This document shows positions 11,601 through 21,069 of a stretch of 64,000 bases of DNA, in pieces. Source of the DNA: an uncultured Bacteroides sp. (GTDB lineage Bacteria > Bacteroidota > Bacteroidia > Bacteroidales > Bacteroidaceae); contig CAUDXH010000003.1 of the NCBI GenBank assembly GCA_958453305.1, positions 20,637 through 84,636 of the forward strand, written 5' to 3'. A program made the position numbers and the translations under genes. The first letter of the stretch is position 1. Each line of letters opens with the position of its first letter. Under the pieces are notes generated by a model. The model searched no databases, was not told where the DNA came from, and was given only the letters and a program-made list of their open reading frames with translations.

Positions 11601-11658
11601 GCGCGACAAATATCCTTCACTCCGTTCGTTTACTTTTGGCTTGAACTTAACTTTCTAA
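8614..11658 (+). CDS. SusC/RagA TonB-dependent transporter
   Basis: [61 protein letters not shown], terminal F. Confidence 0.97.
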   Translation: [1014 protein letters not shown]

Positions 11659-11670
11659 ACTTGAATACAC

Positions 11671-13338
11671 ATGAAATCAAAATTATATAAATCATTATTA
11701 GGCTCAGTGATAGGAGCCGGTATGCTTTCGTTAGGCAGCTGCACCGACTTGAGTGAAACTATTTATCACGATATAGCTTCAGAAAAATATGAATTTACTG
11801 AGCAGGATGCAGCTAGTATGTTCTCTCCGGTTTATGCTTCTTTGCGTAATCTGTATTGGGGATGGAATGGCTATGCCGATGTTATGGACGAAACGTCCGA
11901 TTTGTGGACTACACCTTTACGTATTGGAGTAGGATGGGGAGACTTGTATATTGCTATGCACGAGCATAATTTTCATTCGCAGATAGACCATTTGTGGACG
12001 GAATGGCAATATGCTTATGAAGGTATCAATGCTTGTAATAAACTGTTGGCTGATAAAGCCGTACAAGAGGCTCCTACTTCAGTAGCACAGCTACGTGCTT
12101 ACCGTGCTCTTTATTATTATATTCTGTTTGATCTGTTCCGCAATATTCCGCTGGATACGACTTATGACCATCCGGAAGGTTGGCAGCCGGAACAAGCTAA
12201 GCCGCAGGATGTATGGGATTTCTTGATTACCGAACTGAATGATATTAAAGATCAATGCGGGGATGAAGTCCGGATGGGAGAAATCAATAACTATGCCGTA
12301 CATATGATTTTGGCAAAAATGTATTTGAATCATAATGCATGGTTTAACGACCATTCTGATAATTCCTATTATCAGAAATGTATCGATGAAATCGAAGCGG
12401 TAGAAGCCGGACCATTCTCTTTGGCAGGTAATTATACAGACAATTTCAAAGAAGATATCTCTACTTCTCCTGAAATTATTTTCGGTATTCCATTTGCTCA
12501 GAAATATGCCGGTGGTAACTATTATGCCAATAAATGGATGAATGAGGCAGGACGTGCTACATTCGGATTTACAGGATGGGCAACTGGCGGTAGTGCGGTT
12601 TTACCCCAATTCTTGGAAACTTATCATCCGGACGATACACGCTTTACCGATTGCTGGATAGAGGGGGTACAGAAAGACATGAGCGGTAACATCATTTATG
12701 TGGATGGAAAACCTCTGAATTACACTCGTGAAATCCGCAGTACCGATAACCCGGGATGTTATCCGATGGAAGGAGCCCGTCTGGTGAAATATGAAATAAA
12801 ATCGGGAGACTGGGGAACTTCTTATGACGATGTACCTTTCTTCCGTTTGGCTGATGCCAAGATGATGAAGGCAGAATGTATTTTGCGCTTGGGAGGAACT
12901 TCCGATTATTCAGAGCAAGATGCGGCTGATTTGGTGTCAGAAGTTCGTGCACGTGCATTCCGAAATAATCCGGATGCTGGTAAGCGTACCGTTGCTCAGT
13001 TAAAGGGAGGTAGTGTATATCAGTATGGACATCGTGAGAACACCGCGAAACAAGACGAGCCGGATAAGTGGGTGAAGACGCAGGAAGGTGGTGACGATAT
13101 TATCTTAGGTGGCTTGCTGGATGATTTGGCATGGGAATTTGTAGCTGAACATCATCGCCGTCAAGATTTGATTCGTTTCCGCATGACGAATGGTCAGAAT
13201 GTCTTTAACGGGAAATCATGGTTCTGTAAAGACCGTGTGGAAGATATTAACGATAACCATTGTGATATTTTCCCGATTCATAAGACCTTCTTGGAAGGAA
13301 ACTTGAAATTGAAACAGAATCCGGGTTACGGGGGATGA
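11671..13338 (+). CDS. SusD/RagB lipoprotein
   Basis: Lipobox LGSC; RAYRALYY, LAKMYLN, FRLAD..MMKAE, WEF..EHHRRQDLIRF, QNPGY; follows SusC. Confidence 0.95.
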   Translation: MKSKLYKSLLGSVIGAGMLSLGSCTDLSETIYHDIASEKYEFTEQDAASMFSPVYASLRNLYWGWNGYADVMDETSDLWTTPLRIGVGWGDLYIAMHEHNFHSQIDHLWTEWQYAYEGINACNKLLADKAVQEAPTSVAQLRAYRALYYYILFDLFRNIPLDTTYDHPEGWQPEQAKPQDVWDFLITELNDIKDQCGDEVRMGEINNYAVHMILAKMYLNHNAWFNDHSDNSYYQKCIDEIEAVEAGPFSLAGNYTDNFKEDISTSPEIIFGIPFAQKYAGGNYYANKWMNEAGRATFGFTGWATGGSAVLPQFLETYHPDDTRFTDCWIEGVQKDMSGNIIYVDGKPLNYTREIRSTDNPGCYPMEGARLVKYEIKSGDWGTSYDDVPFFRLADAKMMKAECILRLGGTSDYSEQDAADLVSEVRARAFRNNPDAGKRTVAQLKGGSVYQYGHRENTAKQDEPDKWVKTQEGGDDIILGGLLDDLAWEFVAEHHRRQDLIRFRMTNGQNVFNGKSWFCKDRVEDINDNHCDIFPIHKTFLEGNLKLKQNPGYGG

Positions 13339-13374
13339 TAATAGGATATTAAACTTTTAAAAAGAATATAGTAT

Positions 13375-14373
13375 ATGAAAAAGAATATATTATTGGCATT
13401 ATGCTGTTGTTCATTGCTTGCTTTTACAGCTTGTAGTGATGACTATAATGATGCAACCGAAAAGCATGTGTACGGAGAAAATGAGAATCCGTATTTGAAG
13501 ATTGATGCAGAAGCCCAGATACCGGTGACTGCTGCATTGGAAGTAAACGGTGAACATTCTTATACAGTAAACTTGGCTGATTATGCAGCTAAGTTTGAGG
13601 AAAAATTAGGGATGAGTGTGGATGCGGTAATGAAAGGATTGGATAGCGGTGAAACCGTTTTTTATCCTATCAATCTGACCCGTAACCAGTGGATTAAAAC
13701 TCCTTATAATAAGGATAATGCAGGCTGGTACTTCAACTCAGCAAACCAACCTTGTAGCGCAGACGATGCGGCTTGTAAAGCTTTTATCACTTTAGATAAG
13801 GCAACCAAGAATTTGAAGGTTGAACTGTCGGAAGGTGGTATTGTAGCCGGAACGGTATTGGCATTGGAAGTTGGTTTTGCAAAGAACGGTCCGGATTATG
13901 ACAACTATGTTCGTTTTACGATGAATGTCAGTGTAACCGACCCGACCGTTGCCGTACTTTCAGTAACATTCTCGGCTGATGCTCCTGCTTTTACCGCTAA
14001 CTTGGAAAATTATAAAGAGAATATTGAAGCTGTATTTGATATGTCTTATGATGATTTCCTTGCAGCTATTGCCGAAAACAAATCTATTAAGTTCAGTTTG
14101 GCAAATCCGGAAACCGACGAATGGACTGACTTAGGAGAACATTATACAGCAAAAGCACCGGGATATTGGTTGGATAAAAATGGAAGTTATATCAACTGGG
14201 GCGTAGATGGCTTCGCTGCTTATATTGAATATTATAAAGACGATGCGGCTTGCGGTATTGGATATAATGGTAATTTGCCTTCTGGAACCTCCGGTAAATT
14301 TAATGTTGGTTGGGTAGATGTTAATAACCCTTCTAAGTTCTTCCGTTTTGTAACAAGTTGGACTATTCAATAA
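13375..14373 (+). CDS. Surface lipoprotein in the SusE position (DUF4859-like repeats), probable glycan-binding protein
   Basis: Lipobox FTAC followed by acidic SDDYND; repeated 'GWYFN' and 'YTAKAPGYWLDKNG..WG' modules. Confidence 0.7.
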   Translation: MKKNILLALCCCSLLAFTACSDDYNDATEKHVYGENENPYLKIDAEAQIPVTAALEVNGEHSYTVNLADYAAKFEEKLGMSVDAVMKGLDSGETVFYPINLTRNQWIKTPYNKDNAGWYFNSANQPCSADDAACKAFITLDKATKNLKVELSEGGIVAGTVLALEVGFAKNGPDYDNYVRFTMNVSVTDPTVAVLSVTFSADAPAFTANLENYKENIEAVFDMSYDDFLAAIAENKSIKFSLANPETDEWTDLGEHYTAKAPGYWLDKNGSYINWGVDGFAAYIEYYKDDAACGIGYNGNLPSGTSGKFNVGWVDVNNPSKFFRFVTSWTIQ

Positions 14374-14399
14374 ACTGAATATTCTTGAAGAACTTTTTT

Positions 14400-14445
14400 A
14401 ATAAAAGCTGTATTGGAGTCTCTTCTGATACAGCTTTTATTTTTA
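14400..14445 (+). terminator. Rho-independent terminator/attenuator
   Basis: AATAAAAGCTGTATTGGAG..CTGATACAGCTTTTATT followed by a T-tract. Confidence 0.75.
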
Positions 14446-14472
14446 TTGCTGGTTTATCTTACTTTTTGATAC

Positions 14473-16728
14473 ATGAAAAACATGCTTAAACAATCTTTCT
14501 TATTATGGTGCACTGTATTGTTCTCTTGCTTCATGCTTTCTTGTAAAGACGATGAAAACCCTATAGGGGAGGCAATAGAGATAGATGAACAATATGTAAA
14601 TATTACATTGGATGCAGAAGAAACCACGGCTTCGGTTAAGTTTACGGCTACTTCCGCTTGGAAGGCTTCTTTTAAAGAAGAGGCTTCGAATGACTGGATT
14701 GCTTTATCCAAAAAGAATGGAGTGGGAGGTCCGGTGGTGCTGGACTTGACTTTAAAGGTAAATGCTTCGGGTGCTGCCCGTGTGGCAACTCTTGTATTGT
14801 CATGTGGAAACTCAACAAAGGAAATCTCGGTAAGTCAAGGAGCAAGCTCGGTCCAGATTATGGATGAAGCCGATGTGGAAGACTTGGATAGGTATTATAA
14901 GCCACAGGAGTTTGCCAATATGGATATGTTGCGCAGCGACTCCAAATGGTCTTGGTTCCGCTCTCGTCAAAGTGAACACTTCTTTGTGTTTTGGGAAGCA
15001 GGATTCGGTGATGACCCAAATGCTGAAACGGTTCCGGAACATATGCGGGTAGATGTTGATGACTTACTGAATAAGGCAGAGCGTTATTATCAGACGAATA
15101 TTGAAAAACTGAAATTTGCCGAGTTGGGTAAAGGAAAATCCTATTTAGATAAATATAAAATGGAAATTTACCTGCTTTATCAAGAGGAATGGCTTGCTAC
15201 TGGTTCGGGGTATGACAATAAAATCGGTGCTTTATGGGTAAATCCAAGTACATGTCAGCCGGTAGGTTCTACTATTGCGCATGAAATAGGTCACAGTTTC
15301 CAGTATCAGGTATATTGTGATAAATTATGTCAGGGAGAAACAGATGATTTGAAGTCGGGTTTCAGATATGGTTATGCCGGAAGCAACGGTGGAAATGGTT
15401 TTTGGGAACAATGTGCCCAGTGGCAGTCTTTCCAAGACTATCCGGAAGAAATGTTTACTTCTTATAACTTTGATGTATGGCTTAACAACAATCATCGTCA
15501 TTTTGAACATGAATGGATGCGCTATGCCAGCTATTGGTTGCAGACCTATTGGACTGCTAAGCATGGGGTAGAAGCTGTTGGCAATGTTTGGAAGAAATCA
15601 GTTTATCCGGATGATGCCATTCAGACTTACATGAAGCTATATTGCGGTAATGACTGGAGCCGGATGAAGAATGAACTTTATGACTATGCCAGCCGCATGG
15701 CTACTTTTGATATTGAAGGTATGAAAGCTTATTCGGATGGTTATCTGAACCGCTATCATACTACGCTTTATCAGAACGGAGAATATTATCAGGTGGCTTA
15801 TGCCAATTGTCCGGGAACGACAGGATTTAATGTGATTCCTTTAAATGTTCCGGAAGCCAATACGGTAGTTGAGGCTGATTTTGTAGGTTTGAATCCGGGG
15901 GATGCCTTATCTCCGCTTGATCCGGGCGATTATATGGAGGCAGAAGCTGTGAAGGGTAAGGTCAGAACATATAATGCTGTTGGTAATGCTGCTGATGCCG
16001 GATGGATGTATGGCTTTGTGGCATTATTGGAAAACGGGGAGCGTAAGTATACTGAAGGTGCTTCGATAAAAAACGGAAAGGTAAGCTTTGAGGTTCCTGC
16101 CGGTACAAAGAATTTATATTTCATTGTTTTGGGAGCTCCGGCTCAATACAAGTCAAATCCGTGGGATGAAAAAGAACTGACCGATGAACAGTGGCCGTAT
16201 AAGGTGAAGTTTACACATACTGATTTGCTTGGAAATGTAGAATTGGATATGGACGCTTCACCTCAAAATATTGAGTTGACTTATAATGTTTCGATTAAAG
16301 CGGATGCTCAGAGTTATGATGGTACTCAGGTCAGCTTGGTTGATAATGGGGATATCGTAAAATTGGCAAAAGCTTTTGTGATGCAACCTTCGGCTATTTC
16401 GGCTACTATTTTATCGCCAAAGACCGAGCCTGAGCCGAATGGTATTGCTTTTGCTGCGGTAAAATCAGATAATACTTTTGATTATAATACTACGGCCAAC
16501 GGATGGGGCTTCTGGTTTGACAGCAAAGGGCAGCCTATAGGATGGGGAGCTGATAACGATAGCCGTGTCTTTATAGAGTTTGCTGCCGATACGTTCCTGT
16601 TTACCATCGGACAGTATCCGGGAAAATGCAAGGTGGGTGATACGTATCAGGTTAAAGAGGCTTTGATATATATGAAGGGTGGATCGCAATATATTGCTAG
16701 ACTTACGTTTAATATTACAATAAAATAG
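14473..16728 (+). CDS. Surface lipoprotein: BACON domain + HExxH zinc-metallopeptidase-like domain (DUF6055-like) + DUF4859-like C-terminus
   Basis: Lipobox MLSC-KDDE; BACON-like W/W/N/R/Q pattern (AWKA..DWI..NASGAAR..VSQ); IAHEIGHSFQ at aa 270-274 with downstream FWEQCA; C-terminal 'TANGWGFWFD..IGQYPG'. Confidence 0.75.
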   Translation: MKNMLKQSFLLWCTVLFSCFMLSCKDDENPIGEAIEIDEQYVNITLDAEETTASVKFTATSAWKASFKEEASNDWIALSKKNGVGGPVVLDLTLKVNASGAARVATLVLSCGNSTKEISVSQGASSVQIMDEADVEDLDRYYKPQEFANMDMLRSDSKWSWFRSRQSEHFFVFWEAGFGDDPNAETVPEHMRVDVDDLLNKAERYYQTNIEKLKFAELGKGKSYLDKYKMEIYLLYQEEWLATGSGYDNKIGALWVNPSTCQPVGSTIAHEIGHSFQYQVYCDKLCQGETDDLKSGFRYGYAGSNGGNGFWEQCAQWQSFQDYPEEMFTSYNFDVWLNNNHRHFEHEWMRYASYWLQTYWTAKHGVEAVGNVWKKSVYPDDAIQTYMKLYCGNDWSRMKNELYDYASRMATFDIEGMKAYSDGYLNRYHTTLYQNGEYYQVAYANCPGTTGFNVIPLNVPEANTVVEADFVGLNPGDALSPLDPGDYMEAEAVKGKVRTYNAVGNAADAGWMYGFVALLENGERKYTEGASIKNGKVSFEVPAGTKNLYFIVLGAPAQYKSNPWDEKELTDEQWPYKVKFTHTDLLGNVELDMDASPQNIELTYNVSIKADAQSYDGTQVSLVDNGDIVKLAKAFVMQPSAISATILSPKTEPEPNGIAFAAVKSDNTFDYNTTANGWGFWFDSKGQPIGWGADNDSRVFIEFAADTFLFTIGQYPGKCKVGDTYQVKEALIYMKGGSQYIARLTFNITIK

Positions 16729-16763
16729 ACGTTATGTAATCTGTTTTTTGGGCTATTCAGAAG

Positions 16764-16807
16764 AAAAGAGACTGTTTCATGGATATAAATGAAATGGTCT
16801 CTTTTTT
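16764..16807 (+). terminator. Rho-independent terminator
   Basis: AAAAGAGACTGTTTCAT..ATGAAATGGTCTCTTTTTT. Confidence 0.8.
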
Positions 16808-16933
16808 ATGTAAATAGCCTCTATGTAACATGGCTGTATGTAAATGTTCGTTTTTCAACAATGAATCATGAAAATGTAACATGATAGGTAGTCTTTTGTA
16901 TCATTATTGCCTAAATAAAGGAAAGAATACACT

Positions 16934-16941
16934 TATCTTTG
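16934..16941 (+). promoter_or_regulatory. Bacteroidetes sigma-A -7 box (TATCTTTG) for the GH97 operon
   Basis: Matches TAnnTTTG about 40 nt upstream of the start codon. Confidence 0.6.
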
Positions 16942-16979
16942 TTAAGGAACATTTTTAAAACTTTTGTAAAAAGAATCAG

Positions 16980-18929
16980 ATGTATATGAAAAGACACATG
17001 TTTTTGGCTGCAGCCCTTTGGGGATGTCTTGCCGTAAATGCTGACAAACAATTTACCAGTCCTGACGGACGCTTACAAGTAACCGTATCCGATGATGCGG
17101 GAAAACCTACTTATCAGATTACCTATGACGGTGTAACATTTCTAGAAAAATCTCCTTTGGGGTTGATTACGAATATCGGAGATTATTCACAGAATATGAC
17201 GTTGAGCGAAGAGATGAAACAAAGCTCAATTGATGAACGATATAGTTTGAATACAATTAAGCAGCGTGATGTACATTATACAGCAACCGAAGCTGTTTGT
17301 CCGTTTGTGCGTGACGGTAAAGTCATTTATGATGTTATTTTTCGTGTGAGTAATCGTGACGTGGCTTTTCGATATAAAATGTATCCACAGCGAAATACCT
17401 TATGTTGTGTAATCGATGCAGAAGCTACTGGTTTTTCTTTGCCTGAAGGAACTACTACGTTCTTATGCCCACAGAGTAAGCCGATGGGTGGATTTGCCCG
17501 TACCTCCCCAAGTTATGAAACAGGATATACCGTCGATGATGCGATGGGGAAAAATGGATGGGGTGAAGGTTATAGTTTCCCCTGTTTGTTCCGTAATGCT
17601 GATAAGGGGTGGGTGTTGATTTCAGAAACAGGAGTTGACAGTTATTATTGTGGAAGTCGTCTGTTAAATCAGGCAGGAGGACTTTATACCATAGGCTTTC
17701 CCCAGGCTGGAGAATATAATGGAAATGGAACGACCAATCCGGGGCTTGCTTTACCGGGGGAAACTCCTTGGCGTACGATAACAGTGGGAACTACTTTGGC
17801 TCCTATTGTAGAAACTACAGTTCCTTTTGATGTGGTGAAACCTCTATATGAAGCATCAAAAAAATATGAATATGGTTGTGGTACGTGGAGTTGGATTATT
17901 GCTGGAGATGGAAGTATGACTTATGATGACCAAAAGCGTTATATTGATTTCTGTGCAGCTATGGGATATAGAACAGTATTGGTTGATGCACTTTGGGATA
18001 CACGCGTGGGTTATGAAAAGATTGAAGAATTGGCACGTTATGCAGATTCAAAAGGTGTAGGCTTATATCTTTGGTATAATTCAAATGGATATTGGAATGA
18101 CGCTCCTCAAGGACCTAGAGGAAAGATGAATAATACCATTGCTCGCCGTAAGGAGATGAAATGGATGCAGCGTATTGGTGTACGCGGAATTAAGGTTGAC
18201 TTTGTGGGAAGTGATAAGCAGGTAACTATGCAGCTGTATGAGGATATCCTTGCTGATGCAAATGATTACGGATTATTGGTTATTTTCCATGGATGTACGC
18301 TGCCGCGCGGATGGGAACGTATGTATCCAAACTTTGCAGCAAGTGAAGCTGTGCTGGCAAGTGAAAACATGAATTTCTCGCAGGGAAGCTGTGATGCTGA
18401 AGCCTTTAATGCTTGTCTCCATCCGTTTATCCGTAATACTGTAGGAAGTATGGATTTCGGAGGAAGTACACTTAACCGTTATTATAATAGCAAGAATGAA
18501 CCGAGAGGTAGCCGAAGAGTGACTTCTGACGTGTTTGCCTTGGCAACAGCTGTGCTTTTCCAGAGTCCGGTTCAACATTTTGCACTTGCGCCGAATAATA
18601 TGACTGATGCACCGGCGTGGGCTATTGATTTTATGAAACAAGTTCCTACTACTTGGGATGAAGTGCGTTTTATTGATGGTTATCCGGGTAAATATGTAGT
18701 AATGGCACGCCGTCATGGTGATACTTGGTATGTAGCAGGTATTAATGCGCAGAAAGAAATACTTAAGCTGAAAGTTACGTTGCCTATGTTTGAGGCAGGA
18801 ACTAAGGTGAAACTTTTCAGTGATGACAAAGAGCTGCAAGGTGCTGTAAAAGACGTAAAACTGAATAAAAAACAGGAAATTACGCTCTCTATTCCTTGCA
18901 ATGGGGGTATTGTAGTGACAAATAACTAA
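16980..18929 (+). CDS. GH97, retaining-type (alpha-galactosidase / beta-L-arabinopyranosidase candidate)
   Basis: SPDGRLQV, TPWRTI, YIDFCAAMG..LVDALW, GIKVDF (Asp nucleophile position), FHGC..GWERMYPN, PTTWDE. Confidence 0.9.
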   Translation: MYMKRHMFLAAALWGCLAVNADKQFTSPDGRLQVTVSDDAGKPTYQITYDGVTFLEKSPLGLITNIGDYSQNMTLSEEMKQSSIDERYSLNTIKQRDVHYTATEAVCPFVRDGKVIYDVIFRVSNRDVAFRYKMYPQRNTLCCVIDAEATGFSLPEGTTTFLCPQSKPMGGFARTSPSYETGYTVDDAMGKNGWGEGYSFPCLFRNADKGWVLISETGVDSYYCGSRLLNQAGGLYTIGFPQAGEYNGNGTTNPGLALPGETPWRTITVGTTLAPIVETTVPFDVVKPLYEASKKYEYGCGTWSWIIAGDGSMTYDDQKRYIDFCAAMGYRTVLVDALWDTRVGYEKIEELARYADSKGVGLYLWYNSNGYWNDAPQGPRGKMNNTIARRKEMKWMQRIGVRGIKVDFVGSDKQVTMQLYEDILADANDYGLLVIFHGCTLPRGWERMYPNFAASEAVLASENMNFSQGSCDAEAFNACLHPFIRNTVGSMDFGGSTLNRYYNSKNEPRGSRRVTSDVFALATAVLFQSPVQHFALAPNNMTDAPAWAIDFMKQVPTTWDEVRFIDGYPGKYVVMARRHGDTWYVAGINAQKEILKLKVTLPMFEAGTKVKLFSDDKELQGAVKDVKLNKKQEITLSIPCNGGIVVTNN

Positions 18930-18941
18930 GAATAGACGATT

Positions 18942-21038
18942 ATGAAAAGAACAGTTTTTGCATTGATTGCCAGTATTGCGATATGTGCTCCTATGGCAGC
19001 GCAGACTTCATGGACGGCAGATAATGGGAATGGCACTTATACGAATCCACTGTTTTATGATGAGTTTTCCGATCCGGATATTATCCGGGTCGGTGATGAT
19101 TTCTATCTGGCAGGGACCACGATGCATGCTATGCCTGGCTTGGTGGTGCTTCACTCCAAGGATTTAGTGAACTGGAAATTTTTGAGTTATGCTTTTGAAA
19201 GCCTTAAGGTGGGTGAAGAGTTTAATCTTGAAAACGGGAAAGAAGCATACGGACAAGGTATTTGGGCTCCATGTATTCGTTATCATAAAGGGAAATTCTA
19301 TATATTCTCCAATATTAATGGGTATGGTATGCAGGTCTTTATAGCCGATAACCCGTCCGGACCATGGGAGCATAAAGAGATGGGAGGTGATATTTATGAT
19401 CTCTCAGTGCTGTTTGATGATGATGGAAAGATTTATGCGGTATATAAATATGATGAGGTGCGGATGATTGAGGTGAAACCAGATTTCAGTGGTTATGTAG
19501 AAGGAAGTGAGAAAGTCATTATTCCTGCTGGTAATGCCATGGGTGAAGGACATCATTTTTATAAGATAAACGGTAAATACTATATTATCAGTGCCAATTA
19601 TTCGCCGATAGGGCGGATGCAGTGTGCACGTGCTGATTCTCCGGAAGGTCCTTACGAAACGGTGACTATAAGTACAAAGGAAACTATGGGGACGGAACGT
19701 GTATGGGGAGTAAGTAATGTGGGATTAGGAACTCCGGTTCCGGAAGATGGTACGAAATTCAATTTGTGGAAACCGGCTGCCAATGATTTTGGAGCGGTTC
19801 CTTTGCATCAAGGAGGTATTGTGGATTTACCGAATGGTGACTGGTGGGGATTTTCGATGACTGATTTTCGCTCGGTAGGGCGTACTACTTGCTTGTCGCC
19901 GGTGACTTGGGTTGATGGGTGGCCTTACTTTGGGCTGCCTGGAAATCTGGGCAGAAGTCCGCGAACATGGGTGAAGCCGAATGTTGAAGTGAAAGTAGAG
20001 CCTCATGCTCCATATCAGAGGAGTGATGATTTCGGGGGAAAGCAGTTACTCCCTATTTGGCAATGGAACCATAATCCGGTAAACAGCAAGTGGGAATTGA
20101 ATCGTAAGGAAGGTGTATTACGTTTACACACAATGCCTGCCCGTCAATTTCTGTGGGCGAAAAATACGTTGACACAGCGTGGTATAGGTCCGATATCTTC
20201 AGCTACAGTATTATTGGATGCAGCAAAACTGAAGAAAGGAGATATTGCTGGTTTGGGGTTACTGAATATGCCATATGCAACATTGGGTGTTACTCCTGAG
20301 AAAAAAGGATATACTTTGCACTGGTATGCGCAGGAAGATGGCAGAAAACAAGAGGTTGCATTAGAAAATTCATGCATTTATTTACGCGTGACGGGGGTTT
20401 TTGATTGTGATATGGCGCAATTCAGCTATAGCTTAGATGGACATACATTTATTAATATAGGTGACAGCGTGTGTATGCCTTATCAGTTGAAAACGTTTCA
20501 GGGTACGCGTTATGCTCTTTTTGCCTATAATACAGAAGGTAGGAATGGAGGATATGCGGAGTTTGATGACTTTAAAGTAGATGAACCGATGGCAAATCGC
20601 TCTGCTAATCTTCCGCTTGGAAAGGTAATTAGGTTGACAAATAGAGGGAATGGCAGCCTGGTATGGGCGAGTGCGCATGGCATGCTCCGTTCGGCAGGTA
20701 AAAATTCGAAGGAAGCAAAGAGTAAAGCTTGCCTTTTCAAAGTACATGATAGAGGACAAGGACGTGTAGCTTTGGAGGCTCTTGATGGCAGTGGCTTTGT
20801 GACTGTGGTAGGTGCCGGACTGGCTGCTGATGTACGTACGTTGAAACAAGAAAGTGAAGGAAGTCTTTTCCAGTGGCAAGATATGCTTTACGGACAATGT
20901 ATGCTTCTTTCCTTGAAGACTCAACGTTTTGTTGGACTTAATCCGGAAACAGGTGAACCTTATTCTGCCGACTGGTCGGGAGCAGATCCGGACCGGAAAG
21001 ATGGAACGGTATTTACCTGGAAGATAATAGAACCTTAA
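18942..21038 (+). CDS. GH43 (beta-xylosidase/alpha-L-arabinofuranosidase type) with ConA-like domain and extra C-terminal domain
   Basis: YTNP..FSDPDIIRVGDDFY, HSKDLVNW, GIWAP, MGEGHH, HQGGIVD, WQWNHNP. Confidence 0.9.
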   Translation: MKRTVFALIASIAICAPMAAQTSWTADNGNGTYTNPLFYDEFSDPDIIRVGDDFYLAGTTMHAMPGLVVLHSKDLVNWKFLSYAFESLKVGEEFNLENGKEAYGQGIWAPCIRYHKGKFYIFSNINGYGMQVFIADNPSGPWEHKEMGGDIYDLSVLFDDDGKIYAVYKYDEVRMIEVKPDFSGYVEGSEKVIIPAGNAMGEGHHFYKINGKYYIISANYSPIGRMQCARADSPEGPYETVTISTKETMGTERVWGVSNVGLGTPVPEDGTKFNLWKPAANDFGAVPLHQGGIVDLPNGDWWGFSMTDFRSVGRTTCLSPVTWVDGWPYFGLPGNLGRSPRTWVKPNVEVKVEPHAPYQRSDDFGGKQLLPIWQWNHNPVNSKWELNRKEGVLRLHTMPARQFLWAKNTLTQRGIGPISSATVLLDAAKLKKGDIAGLGLLNMPYATLGVTPEKKGYTLHWYAQEDGRKQEVALENSCIYLRVTGVFDCDMAQFSYSLDGHTFINIGDSVCMPYQLKTFQGTRYALFAYNTEGRNGGYAEFDDFKVDEPMANRSANLPLGKVIRLTNRGNGSLVWASAHGMLRSAGKNSKEAKSKACLFKVHDRGQGRVALEALDGSGFVTVVGAGLAADVRTLKQESEGSLFQWQDMLYGQCMLLSLKTQRFVGLNPETGEPYSADWSGADPDRKDGTVFTWKIIEP

Positions 21039-21069
21039 TTTAAATTTCTTATATCTTAATAGTTAGCTT

